Below are positions 29,691-39,460 of a DNA stretch of 64,000 nt, in pieces. Both the position numbers and the translations under genes were made by a program. A model generated the notes under the pieces. That model worked only from the letters and a program-made list of their open reading frames with translations. It searched no databases and was not told the DNA's origin. The stretch covers positions 2,912,001 to 2,976,000 of the forward strand of contig OZ242311.1 in NCBI GenBank assembly GCA_965207885.1, written 5' to 3'. Within the stretch, counting starts at the first letter, position 1. Every line of letters starts with the position of its first letter. This stretch comes from Candidatus Latescibacterota bacterium (GTDB taxonomy: Bacteria; Latescibacterota; UBA2968).

Positions 29691-31760
29691 GTGGAGAAAG
29701 CCAAACAGGTGCGGTGGTCATGCGCGATAATTTGGGTGCCAATTGTGCTGCTGACGCTACCGCTTTTCGCAGAAACGCAAAGCTCGACGCGTACTATCAG
29801 TGCCACATGGACGGATAATCCCCCCATTATTGATGGCGAACTTACAGACAGTGACTGGCAACGCGCCCAAATTGCAACCAATTTCTTTCGTGCAAAGGAA
29901 GGAAGCATCCATCCGGCGCAATTGAACACGGAAGTCAGGATTTTGTACGATGAGCATATGATCTATATCGGCGTGCGTTGCGATGAGCCGGACATGAAGA
30001 GTTTGCGCGAGACGAAAATTCGCCGGGATTCCGCCATCTGGCAGAATGACTGTATCGAAGTGATGCTTGATACCTATCGCGACCGTCGCAACTGCTACGT
30101 TTTTGGAATCAATACACTCGGCACACAGATGGACGAGCGGGTCAGTAATGAGAGTGTTTTCGACCTGAGTTGGGATGCAAAATGGAAATCGAAAATAAAA
30201 AAACACCGAAATCACTGGACCGCAGAATTTGCGATCCCGTTTCGCATGCTCCGTTTTAATCGACACAATACGACGTGGGGAATCAACTTTTGGCGGACAC
30301 ATCCGATAAATGGTCAATCCTATTCGTGGGCACGCACCGATTTTTTCGGGCGCGTATCGGAGTTTGGCGATTTGACCGGATTGGATTTCGGAAAGATCAA
30401 AACAGAGCAGAAGATCGGTATTCTCCCCTACGGGACCTATCGTGCAATAGAAAATCGTTCCAATGACCACGATGGTGGTTTAGACCTGATTCTCCCGATC
30501 TCGACGCACCTCACCTCGAATGTGACTTTCAATCCCGATTTTTCACAATTGGAAAGTGACCCGACGCAAATTAACATATCAAGTGACCGGGAATTGTCTC
30601 TCCCAGAACGCCGTCCATTCTTCCGGGAAGGTGCTGAACTGTTCAGGCTGCCGCTCAATTTATTCTATACCCGTCGCGTTCAAGAAATCGATTTTGGTGT
30701 AAAAACAGCAGGTAAAATTGGCGGTTCTAATTTCGCGGTCATCAATACTTACGGCAAAATGATCGATCGGTACGATGCGGATAAAAAAAAGCAGGCAAAT
30801 CTTTTGGCCGGGCGGGTTAATTACGATATCGGTGAGCGCACTGTCATCGGTGCAATGGGAATCCATAAACACCAGGCAGATCGAGATGTGGCACTCCTAT
30901 CGCTCAATGGTCGATTTGGACTTCATCGAGACTGGACTGTAACGTCGCAGTATGCTGTCGATTTCATCGATGGCGAAACGCATTGGGCGTATCACACCGA
31001 GATGGAATGGCTTCATGAAGGTTGGCTCACCGAAATCGCGTTTGAAGAGATTCAGGACGGTTTTCGTCCAAATGAGATGGGGCTTGAAGATGAGGCATTC
31101 CGTCGGGGCCGTGCTCGCGTGAGGTACAGACACGAGTTTCCAGAGGCGAATCTCTTGCAGTCATTTGGTGCTGATATGCGCCATTTTTATCAAACCAATG
31201 CACAAAAATTGCTGCGGGAACGGCGGAGTGAGTTCCGTTTTGATATTGATATTGGCCGATTTGATTTCTTTACCTATGGTGGGTTTGGCGCTCTTCGCGA
31301 AGTCGGTCAACTTTTCGATACCAGGTTTATCGGCTCATTGATTGATTACCAGGCACCGTGGTGGCACCTGGAGGTTTCAAATCGCTTTGGAATCCGTCGA
31401 GATGAATTCAACCGATTTACCAGCTTCTCTGCGGGTGTCAACCTCTTTGGCAAATTGACCGCTGATCTCGACCTGGATAATTTTTTTTGGCGTACACATC
31501 GAAATACGCTAATTTTCCGGCTCCGCAGTAACTATCAATTGACCCAAAAGATCGGCTGGCGCATTTTTTTTGAACGCGTAGATGAACGGTTGCAAGATGA
31601 GATCAGCTACAATTTCAACGCAATCTTCGACTACGAGTTCACCCCAGAGAGCCACTTCTATTTTGTGTTTGTTGATAGACTCCCAGGTGGACGAGCTGTG
31701 TTTACAAAGCTCGCGTATCTTTTTGAAGTCAGTTTCCCAGATTTTGGTCGATTTTATTGA
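29691..31760 (+). CDS. CBM9-like/DUF5916 outer-membrane protein
   Basis: PIIDGELTDSDW; WTAEFAIPF; NPDFSQLESD; ERRPFFREG. Confidence 0.82.
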   Translation: MEKAKQVRWSCAIIWVPIVLLTLPLFAETQSSTRTISATWTDNPPIIDGELTDSDWQRAQIATNFFRAKEGSIHPAQLNTEVRILYDEHMIYIGVRCDEPDMKSLRETKIRRDSAIWQNDCIEVMLDTYRDRRNCYVFGINTLGTQMDERVSNESVFDLSWDAKWKSKIKKHRNHWTAEFAIPFRMLRFNRHNTTWGINFWRTHPINGQSYSWARTDFFGRVSEFGDLTGLDFGKIKTEQKIGILPYGTYRAIENRSNDHDGGLDLILPISTHLTSNVTFNPDFSQLESDPTQINISSDRELSLPERRPFFREGAELFRLPLNLFYTRRVQEIDFGVKTAGKIGGSNFAVINTYGKMIDRYDADKKKQANLLAGRVNYDIGERTVIGAMGIHKHQADRDVALLSLNGRFGLHRDWTVTSQYAVDFIDGETHWAYHTEMEWLHEGWLTEIAFEEIQDGFRPNEMGLEDEAFRRGRARVRYRHEFPEANLLQSFGADMRHFYQTNAQKLLRERRSEFRFDIDIGRFDFFTYGGFGALREVGQLFDTRFIGSLIDYQAPWWHLEVSNRFGIRRDEFNRFTSFSAGVNLFGKLTADLDLDNFFWRTHRNTLIFRLRSNYQLTQKIGWRIFFERVDERLQDEISYNFNAIFDYEFTPESHFYFVFVDRLPGGRAVFTKLAYLFEVSFPDFGRFY

Positions 31761-31773
31761 GTGGAGATCCAGA

Positions 31774-32346
31774 ATGGATGATCATGCGTTTTCAGAGATT
31801 CGGGATATGCTGGATCTGGGTCGGTTTCCCCAGAGCCAGATTACGCTCTTGGATATATCGGAAAAGCTTCTGACGGAAGCAGCGAGACGGCTGGAAGAGA
31901 CCGGTGCCGAGTTCAGAACCGTTGTCGGGGATTTGTTCGCAGATGATGACGTACAACTTGAAGCCGATTCGTTCGATTGTGTGGTCTCATCGTATGCGCT
32001 GTGTCATGGCAGACTAGAATCGGAATACGAGGGTCTATACGCACGGATTCGCAATTGGATCAAGCCAGGCGGATGCTTTCTGTGTCTTGACCACGTTCAC
32101 GGCTCAAAAGCAGAACTGACCATGCTTGGATTCGAAGATTGGGCTGAGTTGCTTCGACGGAACTTTCCAGAAGATAGAGTTGAGCCGATCCTGAAGAACT
32201 CTTTGATAGAAGATTCTCCGTTGGATATTCCTCATCATCTCTCTCTGCTATCAAAAGTCGGGTTTGAGAGAGTTGATGTGCTTTGGAAGAAAGGTCTGTT
32301 CGCTCTCTACGGAGGCTTCGGAAAGGCGGAAGAAACCCGACACTGA
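31774..32346 (+). pseudogene. Class I SAM methyltransferase with motif I deleted
   Basis: LDLG runs directly into RFPQSQITLLDIS (GxG and following helix absent); FDCVVSSYAL; IKPGGCF. Confidence 0.6.
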
Positions 32347-32389
32347 TCTCCCCGTACTGTTTCTTATGAGATCCAAACCTGCCACAGGC

Positions 32390-32479
32390 ATATAACAGGT
32401 CCACTTGCGCTGTGGCGCATTTGCGCCATGGTCTTCAGCAATCCGCTTCGCAGGTTCGCAACCCGCGAGAACGTTACAC
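32390..32479 (+). repeat. attC-like site
   Basis: ATATAAC at 32390 and GTTACAC at 32473; TTGCG/CGCAA arms; inner TGGCGCA/TGCGCCA hairpin. Confidence 0.6.
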
Positions 32480-32514
32480 GCAAACCGGATTCGCATCTTA
32501 GGCTGGAAAGGGAA

Positions 32515-32877
32515 ATGATTAAGAGCTTACACCACGCACAGATTACGGTACCCAGGGGCGCTGAGGATGCTGCGAGGGAGTTCTATTGCGGCATTTTAGG
32601 GTTACCCGAAATCGAGAAGCCGGAATCGCTTAAGGCCCGAGGTGGATTGTGGTTGCAAGTCGGTGATCGCCAGGTTCACGTAGGAATCGAAGAGGGCGTG
32701 GATCGGCTGGCTACCAAGGCACACCTGGCCTACGAGGTGACAGACATCTCTTTTTGGAGGTCTCTGCTTGCTGAGGCGGGCGTCGAGATAGAAAAATCCA
32801 TCGCAATTTCCGGCATCGATCGCTTCGAATTTCGGGATCCTTTTGGGAATCGAGTTGAAATCCTCATGCAGACTTAA
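32515..32877 (+). CDS. VOC/glyoxalase family protein
   Basis: LHHAQITVP; FYCGILGL; DPFGNRVE. Confidence 0.9.
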   Translation: MIKSLHHAQITVPRGAEDAAREFYCGILGLPEIEKPESLKARGGLWLQVGDRQVHVGIEEGVDRLATKAHLAYEVTDISFWRSLLAEAGVEIEKSIAISGIDRFEFRDPFGNRVEILMQT

Positions 32878-32891
32878 GAAAGGATGGCAGA

Positions 32892-33004
32892 ATGTCTTCA
32901 GCCTCCGATACTCCGCGCGTGTACCTGGGTGCCTATGGATTCTGCCGTACCGCGTTCTGTTGGTGAGGTGGAGGCAACGCACAACAAGAAGCTCAAGTTC
33001 GTTC
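32892..33004 (+). pseudogene. Collapsed copy of the 24289 NUDIX gene (head + downstream flank + left attC arm)
   Basis: 32892-32948 matches 24289-24345; 32950-32990 matches 24736-24776. Confidence 0.9.
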
Positions 33005-33129
33005 AGTATACTTGAGCATAGAGAAAATTTCGCTGGAAATGACCGGTATCGGAAGCTATATTGTTACGAGAGTAGCCAAACCGAAGTCGATTCGAACCGT
33101 ACATATTATTCTGGAAAATTTGACTCCAG

Positions 33130-33237
33130 ATGAAGAATTGGCCTGAATTCGATCATAATGGTGATTTACCAGTAGGGATTCATGAGGCAACACTGGATGA
33201 GGTGATCAACGATGATTCAGAACGATCAGGAACTTGA
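33130..33237 (+). pseudogene. Internally deleted DUF6932-like gene
   Basis: MKNWPEFDHNGDLPVGIHEATLDEVI joined to a short tail that overlaps the next gene. Confidence 0.55.
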
Positions 33238-33421
33238 GGCGACCAAGGAACGCATCCAATATTTTCAGCGACAAGTAGAAAAGCTTCGACAGGTCGAAAC
33301 CAATCCACAGAACTATTGGTTATCGGCAGGAGGCTATCTGGCCGAAATAGATCGGATGAATCTCGAGGTGAGAGAGTATCTTTCGCTTCATCCAAGTGAA
33401 CAAAGAGAGCGGGTTACCTGA
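33212..33421 (+). CDS. Small hypothetical protein (possible partner of the DUF6932-like gene)
   Basis: MIQNDQELEATKERI... 69 aa; GAGGTG upstream. Confidence 0.7.
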   Translation: MIQNDQELEATKERIQYFQRQVEKLRQVETNPQNYWLSAGGYLAEIDRMNLEVREYLSLHPSEQRERVT

Positions 33422-33451
33422 GTTTATCATAGAACATGTTTTGTGATATAG

Positions 33452-33487
33452 ATCCCCGTTCAGTAGGTTCTGACGGGGATTTTCTTT
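33452..33487 (+). terminator. Rho-independent terminator
   Basis: ATCCCCGT(T)CAG...CTGACGGGGAT followed by TTTCTTT. Confidence 0.7.
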
Positions 33488-33532
33488 ACCAAACACACCG
33501 TTGTTGCGCTGCGTCGCCCTACGCCCAAAAAC

Positions 33533-33722
33533 AAGGACATCCCATGAATTTCACGGTTGATCTTGAATATACTACATGCAGCCCCCAAGATGGATTGCCG
33601 TTTACAGAGGAGACATTCTGTCGGCGTAGTATCCCATTTACCTTTTAAAATCTGTGAAAATTCTTAAATAAAAAGCCCCTAAGCTTGCGTCATCCCGACT
33701 CCAACCACTACTCCAGAGACTA
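33533..33722 (+). pseudogene. Collapsed allele of the 24932 isochorismatase gene (head + tail + downstream flank)
   Basis: First 34 codons match at 92/102 nt, then the sequence jumps at CCTTT to the last codons and the 3' flank of 25765-25846. Confidence 0.9.
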
Positions 33723-34659
33723 GGTAGTGTCTGAAAAGTAAGCTTTGAAGAGTTGTCTGATACAGGCCAGCTTGACCATAGTGAGAAAATGAGTCGCCTT
33801 TTTTTCAAATCGGGTCACAATCCGTCGGCAGTGTTTAAGCCAACCAAAGAGACGCTCCACGATATTGCGTTTGGCATATAATCTTTTATCACACTTAGGC
33901 CGTGGTCCTCTCTTACGCCGTTTTCTGCCTTTGGGAATCGCCTTGTTTGGGATAGCAGCCTTGATACCCCGTTTGCGTAGATAGACTCTGATGCGTGAGA
34001 CATCATAAGATTTATCAGCTACCAGATACTTGGGTCGGTTTCTTGGACGCCCTCGTTTGGTGGGTATGCATACCTTTGACAGTAGCCTTTCAGCCTGTGT
34101 GGATTCTGACTGGTTACCAGGGAGAAGATCCACTGCTAAAGGATGCCCGACTGCATCGCAAAGAAGATGGATTTTCGTGGTCAAACCGCCACGAGAGCGT
34201 CCTAAAGCGTGATCTGGGGGCTCTTCTTCACCCTTTTTGCCCTTTTTTTTTCGCTCCTGCCGCGGCTTGTGTGGCTCGAATATGGGTTGCATCCATCATC
34301 CAGGTCGCATAATCTAAAAGACCATCTTCACCCAATTTGAGATGTAGCTTTTCTACAATGCGATCAAAGGTGCCATCCTGTTTCCATTTGCAGAATCGGT
34401 CAAAGGCTGTCTGCCAAGGACCATATCGTTCTGGCAGGTCGCGCCAAGCTGCACCTGAACACAATATCCAGAAGATCCCGTTGAATAATGTACGATCATC
34501 CCGACGGGGACGACCCATCTTCTTCGGCGGTGGGAACAGGTCTTGGATCAGATGCCAAGCCTCGTCGCGCAGTTCATATCTCCGTTGCATATCATACTCC
34601 TTGGTTTAGGGCGTATGCTGCAACTAAAATACATACTTTACGACTTTTCAGACACTACC
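33723..34659 (-). mobile_element. IS5-family element (IS427-like, two ORFs, -1 frameshift), copy 1
   Basis: 937 bp; 17-bp IRs GGTAGTGTCTGAAAAGT; TA on both sides; orfA 34228-34590, orfB ends at 33720. Confidence 0.93.
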
Positions 34660-34661
34660 TA

Positions 34662-34930
34662 GGAAACTCGCGATCGAGTTTTTTCTGCGTTTCTCTGCAC
34701 CATTGGTGGTCAGTTTCTCTTAACGGTCCCTCAATGAAGGAATATAAATCAAGATCGGAAACGCCTTGAATGGCTTCATTTCTGTGAACACTGCCCCATA
34801 CGTAGATCGAAATGAGTCTCTCTGCAAAGTATGCCTGATACTCCAATACATGACGCTGAATAAGCTGCACAAAATATTGGTCGTCAAATAGATGTAAATT
34901 TCTGTATTTATCTGAGGTGTTCGATTTCAT
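34662..34930 (-). pseudogene. Nucleotidyltransferase-domain gene truncated by the IS
   Basis: IYVWGSVHRNEAIQGVSDLDL (GS...DxD); runs into the IS end. Confidence 0.75.
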
Positions 34931-35086
34931 AAAGTAGCTGCCTTTAGATAGAATGGATGAAACAAATTTAGATTACAAATATGTGTAAATCAAGTTTTCA
35001 ATAGGGATGAGGGAACGCCAGATCAGAGATATATATCTAATAATTCAGAACCGCAGATTATAAACGATCCATCGGATAGATGAAAA

Positions 35087-36652
35087 ATGGCCAGATACAC
35101 ACATAAATCGCCTGCTTCTATTGACCGAAGGGATTTTATTCACCTGGCCGGTCTTGGCGCAATGGGTGCGCTTGTCCTGGGGCTGGATGCTCCTGTTGGC
35201 GCACAAAAACAACCTAATTTTATCTTTATGGTTTCTGACGATCAGGGGTGGGACGGCCTTTCAGTGCAGATGCACGATGCGATTTCCGGTTCAAAGAGCG
35301 ATTTTTATCAGACGCCCAATCTCGAGAAGCTCGCACAGCAGGGCATGCGTTTTTCGGCTGCTTATTCGCCTTCGCCTGTCTGTTCGCCAACGCGATGCAG
35401 CCTTCAAACGGGTAAGAGTCCGGCAAAGAACCACTGGACAAAGGCATCCCCTATTCTGACCGTCAGAGATGGCCGTAAACTCATCCCACCAATGCATGGC
35501 AGAGATCTTTCCAGTGATGAAATAACCATTGCTGAGATGTTGAAACAGGCCGGTTATACCACAGCACATTATGGCAAATGGCATCTCGGTGGCGGTGGAC
35601 CAGGACGTCACGGGTATGACGTACACGATGGGAATACGGGTAACAGGGATGCAGCTCGTCATGTCGATCCCAATCCTGTAGATATCTTCGGCATGTCCCG
35701 GCGTGCGAATGCGTTTATGGAGGAGAATACAGAAGCTGGCAAGCCGTTCTTTATTCAGTTGTCTTATTATGCCCTGCACTATCCCCGGAATGCGCTGGAA
35801 AGCACGCGGCAAGCATACTTAAATCGGCCGAGAGGGGACGTCCATCGAAATGTCAATCGCGCGGCGATTACTGAAGACCTGGATACGGGTGTGGGTATGA
35901 TCATGGATCAAGTTGAGAAACTCGGCATAGGTGGTCATACGTATCTGATTTACATGTCTGATAATGGTGCTGTGGGAGGCGGTCTGGGTGTGTTGCGCGG
36001 GTCGAAGGGGTCTTTGTGGGAGGGTGGTATTCGCGTGCCATTGATTATCCAGGGACCTGGTATAGAGCCAAATACAGTTTGTCACGAACGCGTGGTCGGC
36101 GTTGATTTGTTTCCCACGCTTTGCGAACTGGGCGGTGTGAGCCAGCCGTTGCCAGTGGGTATTGAGGGGGGGAGTATCGCATCGTTATTATCTGGTGGGG
36201 CGGGTGCCGTTGTGAGACCTCGTGAGGAATTGGTCTTTCATTTTCCGCATTATCAAAGCGGAGATGGACCGCATTCGGCAATCATGTTGGACGATTACAA
36301 GCTGATCAAGTTTTACGAGACCGATGACGTGCGATTGTACGATTTGGTCAATGATATTGGAGAACAAAATGATTTGTCCAAAGATATGGGGGAAGAGGCG
36401 ATGCACCTGCGCGAACGGCTCGAACAGTATCTGGTATCTGTTGACGCTCAGTTGCCCGTGCCGAATCCCAATTATGGACCAGGCAAATCAAGTGATTTTA
36501 ATGGCGATGGACAAATTGATTTTGTGGATTTTCTCGAATTTGCCAGAGCTTATGGGTCGGAGGAGACTCGGTTTGATCTGGACAATAGCGGACAGGTAGA
36601 TTTTGCCGATTTTTTGAGGTTTGTACAGGATTTTGGAAGCACCGGGAATTAA
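35087..36652 (+). CDS. Tat-exported sulfatase with C-terminal dockerin-like/EF-hand tag
   Basis: DRRDFI; CSPTR; GKWHLG; DFNGDGQIDFVDFLEF..DLDNSGQVDFADF. Confidence 0.92.
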   Translation: MARYTHKSPASIDRRDFIHLAGLGAMGALVLGLDAPVGAQKQPNFIFMVSDDQGWDGLSVQMHDAISGSKSDFYQTPNLEKLAQQGMRFSAAYSPSPVCSPTRCSLQTGKSPAKNHWTKASPILTVRDGRKLIPPMHGRDLSSDEITIAEMLKQAGYTTAHYGKWHLGGGGPGRHGYDVHDGNTGNRDAARHVDPNPVDIFGMSRRANAFMEENTEAGKPFFIQLSYYALHYPRNALESTRQAYLNRPRGDVHRNVNRAAITEDLDTGVGMIMDQVEKLGIGGHTYLIYMSDNGAVGGGLGVLRGSKGSLWEGGIRVPLIIQGPGIEPNTVCHERVVGVDLFPTLCELGGVSQPLPVGIEGGSIASLLSGGAGAVVRPREELVFHFPHYQSGDGPHSAIMLDDYKLIKFYETDDVRLYDLVNDIGEQNDLSKDMGEEAMHLRERLEQYLVSVDAQLPVPNPNYGPGKSSDFNGDGQIDFVDFLEFARAYGSEETRFDLDNSGQVDFADFLRFVQDFGSTGN

Positions 36653-36684
36653 CAAATTCAATTGTTTATACAGGAGTTTTTCCC

Positions 36685-37905
36685 ATGAAGATTGTCGGGT
36701 TTGCGCTTGTCGCGTGCTTGTTGTGCGCTTTGGAAACGAATGCCTACGGTGCGGATTCCTTATCCGTCGAGGCGGGCTATGGTCGGATTGTGCTTCCGGG
36801 TACACAGGTGGATCTCAATGCCTCGATTACCAATGGTTCGGGCGCCCGTGTTGTGTGGCGGCAAGTGCAAGGGACGTCGGCGGCGATCAGTTCACCCAAT
36901 GCGCTCCAGACGACTGTTAGCGTTCCTGTCAATTTCAACCAGGCGGAGACATTGCTATTTGAAGTGCGTGCCGAGATGAATTCGGGTCAACAAGCATCGG
37001 ATACGGTTTGGATCGAGGTGTACGTACCTGAACAGAATCCCGCCGACCTGACGCTTGTGGCAGATTTTTCGCCGAAAGTTGGCTGGGAGTGCAATCAGGA
37101 CCCCGTAGAGGTTCCAGAGGTTCAGACCCGCGTTTTGGAAGATGCCATCGAGTACACGTCCAACGGCATTCCCGCCCATGCGACGGGAATATTTCCCAAT
37201 CGGGGAAATCCGAACATGATTTGGTCGGTAACGCAAACCTGGCGCATTCCCCGCTATCCCGTAAAGACAGATTCGCCCACCGAAATGGTTGTATTTGGCA
37301 TTACGCTTGAGGGCATAAAGCTCGAACCCGGCACTGCGGAGAGTTATCGCAACCAGCGGCAGTGGCGTTACGAGGCACTGACCCCGGGTATGGCGCGTCG
37401 ATTGAGCGGCACTGCGCGGTTCGAATGGCTGGGTACAGATTGCAATAACGCGCACGTTCAGCCGACGGGTGTTTACCACTATCACGGCGTGCCGCATAGC
37501 TTGATAAATGAACTCGCCGGTGGGATGGACAGTGAGGAGATGGTATTGGTCGGATATGCTGCCGACGGTTTTCCGGTCTATGTCGCCAGCGGACCCAATG
37601 CTCCTGAGGGGAGTTGGGAATTGCGCTCGGGTACGCGAGAAAGTGGACCAGGTGGAGAATATGACGGTACGTTTCGGGAAGATTGGCAATTTGTCGAGGG
37701 ATCGGGCGACCTCGACCAGTGCAATGGGCGATTCGGGATTACGCCCGAGTTTCCGGAAGGGATCTACCATTATTATTTGACCGAGGATTACCCGTACATA
37801 CCCCGCTGTGTATGGGGAACGCCAGATCCTTCGTTCCGGCAACACCGAGATGGTGGACCGCCCGGCGGTCGGCGTTTTAGAAGGCCCCCACCGCGGCGTC
37901 GTTGA
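36685..37905 (+). CDS. Secreted YHYH-domain protein with Ig/PKD-like domain
   Basis: Signal peptide; HVQPTGVYHYHG; GYAADGFP; GDLDQCNG; YHYY. Confidence 0.88.
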   Translation: MKIVGFALVACLLCALETNAYGADSLSVEAGYGRIVLPGTQVDLNASITNGSGARVVWRQVQGTSAAISSPNALQTTVSVPVNFNQAETLLFEVRAEMNSGQQASDTVWIEVYVPEQNPADLTLVADFSPKVGWECNQDPVEVPEVQTRVLEDAIEYTSNGIPAHATGIFPNRGNPNMIWSVTQTWRIPRYPVKTDSPTEMVVFGITLEGIKLEPGTAESYRNQRQWRYEALTPGMARRLSGTARFEWLGTDCNNAHVQPTGVYHYHGVPHSLINELAGGMDSEEMVLVGYAADGFPVYVASGPNAPEGSWELRSGTRESGPGGEYDGTFREDWQFVEGSGDLDQCNGRFGITPEFPEGIYHYYLTEDYPYIPRCVWGTPDPSFRQHRDGGPPGGRRFRRPPPRRR

Positions 37906-37939
37906 AACGATAGGGGATGAAGATTATAATAAGAGGCTA

Positions 37940-39343
37940 ATGATGAGGCGACAATTGAGGATGTTCGGATTGGTTTTTTGCCTGATGAGTGTGTTGTGTA
38001 CCAGTTATGCAGAAGGGCACATGCTCTACAGCGATGAGAGTGATGTGACGGATTTCAATGGCGACGGAAAAACGGACTTCGATGATTTTATTTTGTTCGT
38101 GGCCGCATTTGGTTCACAACAGGTGCCGTTCGATCTAAATGGGAATGGCCTGGTAGATTTTCCCGATTTTCTGATATTTGCCGCCCAATTTGTTCAAACG
38201 TCTCCGAACGAAACGCCAGATACCTTATCCGTCGAGGCGGGCTATGGTCGGATTGTTCTTCCGGGTACACAGGTGCAACTCAACGCCACGCTTAATGGTC
38301 CGGGTGCCCAGATTGCGTGGCGACAAGTGGGCGGCATAGTGGCGGAGATTCGTTCGGCAAACGCGCTCCAGCCGATCATTAGCATTCCCGTTATGATCAA
38401 CCAGCCGGAAACCTTGCTATTTGAAGTGCGTGCCGAAAAGGATTCGGGGCAACAAGCATCGGATATCGTTTGGGTCGAGGCGTACGTGCCGCAACAGGAT
38501 GTCACAGATTTGACGCTTGTGGCAGATTTTTCGCCGAAAGTTGGCTGGGAGTGCGACCAGGATCCCGTCGCGGTTCCAGAGGTTCGGACCCGCGTTCTGG
38601 AAAACACCATCGAGTACACGACGAATGGCATTCCCGCCCATGCAACGGGAATGTTTCCCAATCGGGGTAATCCAAATACGATAGCTCAAGTGACGCAAAC
38701 CTGGAGGATTCCCCGCTATCCGGAAAAGACGAATACGCCTACTGAAATGGCTACATTTGGCATCACGCTGGACGGCATCAAACTCGAGCGCGATACCGCC
38801 GAGAGTTATCGCAATCAGCGGCAGTGGAGTTACGAGGCGCTGACCCCGGGTATGGCGCGGCGGTTAAGCGGCAATGCGCGGTTTGAATGGCTGGGGACAG
38901 ATTGCAATAACGCGCACGTTCAGCCGACGGGCATTTACCACTACCACGGCGTACCGCACGGACTGGTCAATGAACTCGCCAGTGAGGCTGGGAGCCAGGA
39001 TATGATATTGGTCGGATATGCTGCCGATGGTTTTCCGTTCTATGTCGCCCTCGGACCCGATGCGCCCGAGGGTAGTTGGGTATTGCGCCAGGGTACGCGA
39101 GAAAGCGCGCCGGGAGGGGCTTATGACGGCACGTTTCGGGAAGATTGGCAATATGTCGGATCGGGCGACCTGGATCAGTGCAATGGTCGGTTCGGGGTGA
39201 CGCCCGAGTTTCCGGAAGGGATCTACCATTATTATTTGACCGAGGATTACCCGTACATACCCCGATGTGTTTGGGGGACGCCTGATTCTTCGTTTCGGCG
39301 ACGTCGGGCTGGTGGCCCACCTCCTGGTGGTCCAGGAGGTTGA
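37940..39343 (+). CDS. Secreted YHYH-domain protein with N-terminal dockerin-like tag
   Basis: Paralog of the 36685 gene plus DFNGDGKTDFDDF..DLNGNGLVDFPDF. Confidence 0.88.
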   Translation: MMRRQLRMFGLVFCLMSVLCTSYAEGHMLYSDESDVTDFNGDGKTDFDDFILFVAAFGSQQVPFDLNGNGLVDFPDFLIFAAQFVQTSPNETPDTLSVEAGYGRIVLPGTQVQLNATLNGPGAQIAWRQVGGIVAEIRSANALQPIISIPVMINQPETLLFEVRAEKDSGQQASDIVWVEAYVPQQDVTDLTLVADFSPKVGWECDQDPVAVPEVRTRVLENTIEYTTNGIPAHATGMFPNRGNPNTIAQVTQTWRIPRYPEKTNTPTEMATFGITLDGIKLERDTAESYRNQRQWSYEALTPGMARRLSGNARFEWLGTDCNNAHVQPTGIYHYHGVPHGLVNELASEAGSQDMILVGYAADGFPFYVALGPDAPEGSWVLRQGTRESAPGGAYDGTFREDWQYVGSGDLDQCNGRFGVTPEFPEGIYHYYLTEDYPYIPRCVWGTPDSSFRRRRAGGPPPGGPGG

Positions 39344-39460
39344 CGAAGTCCATCGCCACACATTCGAGGGCGAGCAGTTGTAGGGACGATGCCTTTGTGC
39401 TCGCCCATCGGATGATCACATAACTTGATCGGGTATATCTGCGCGGAGGAGACAGACATC

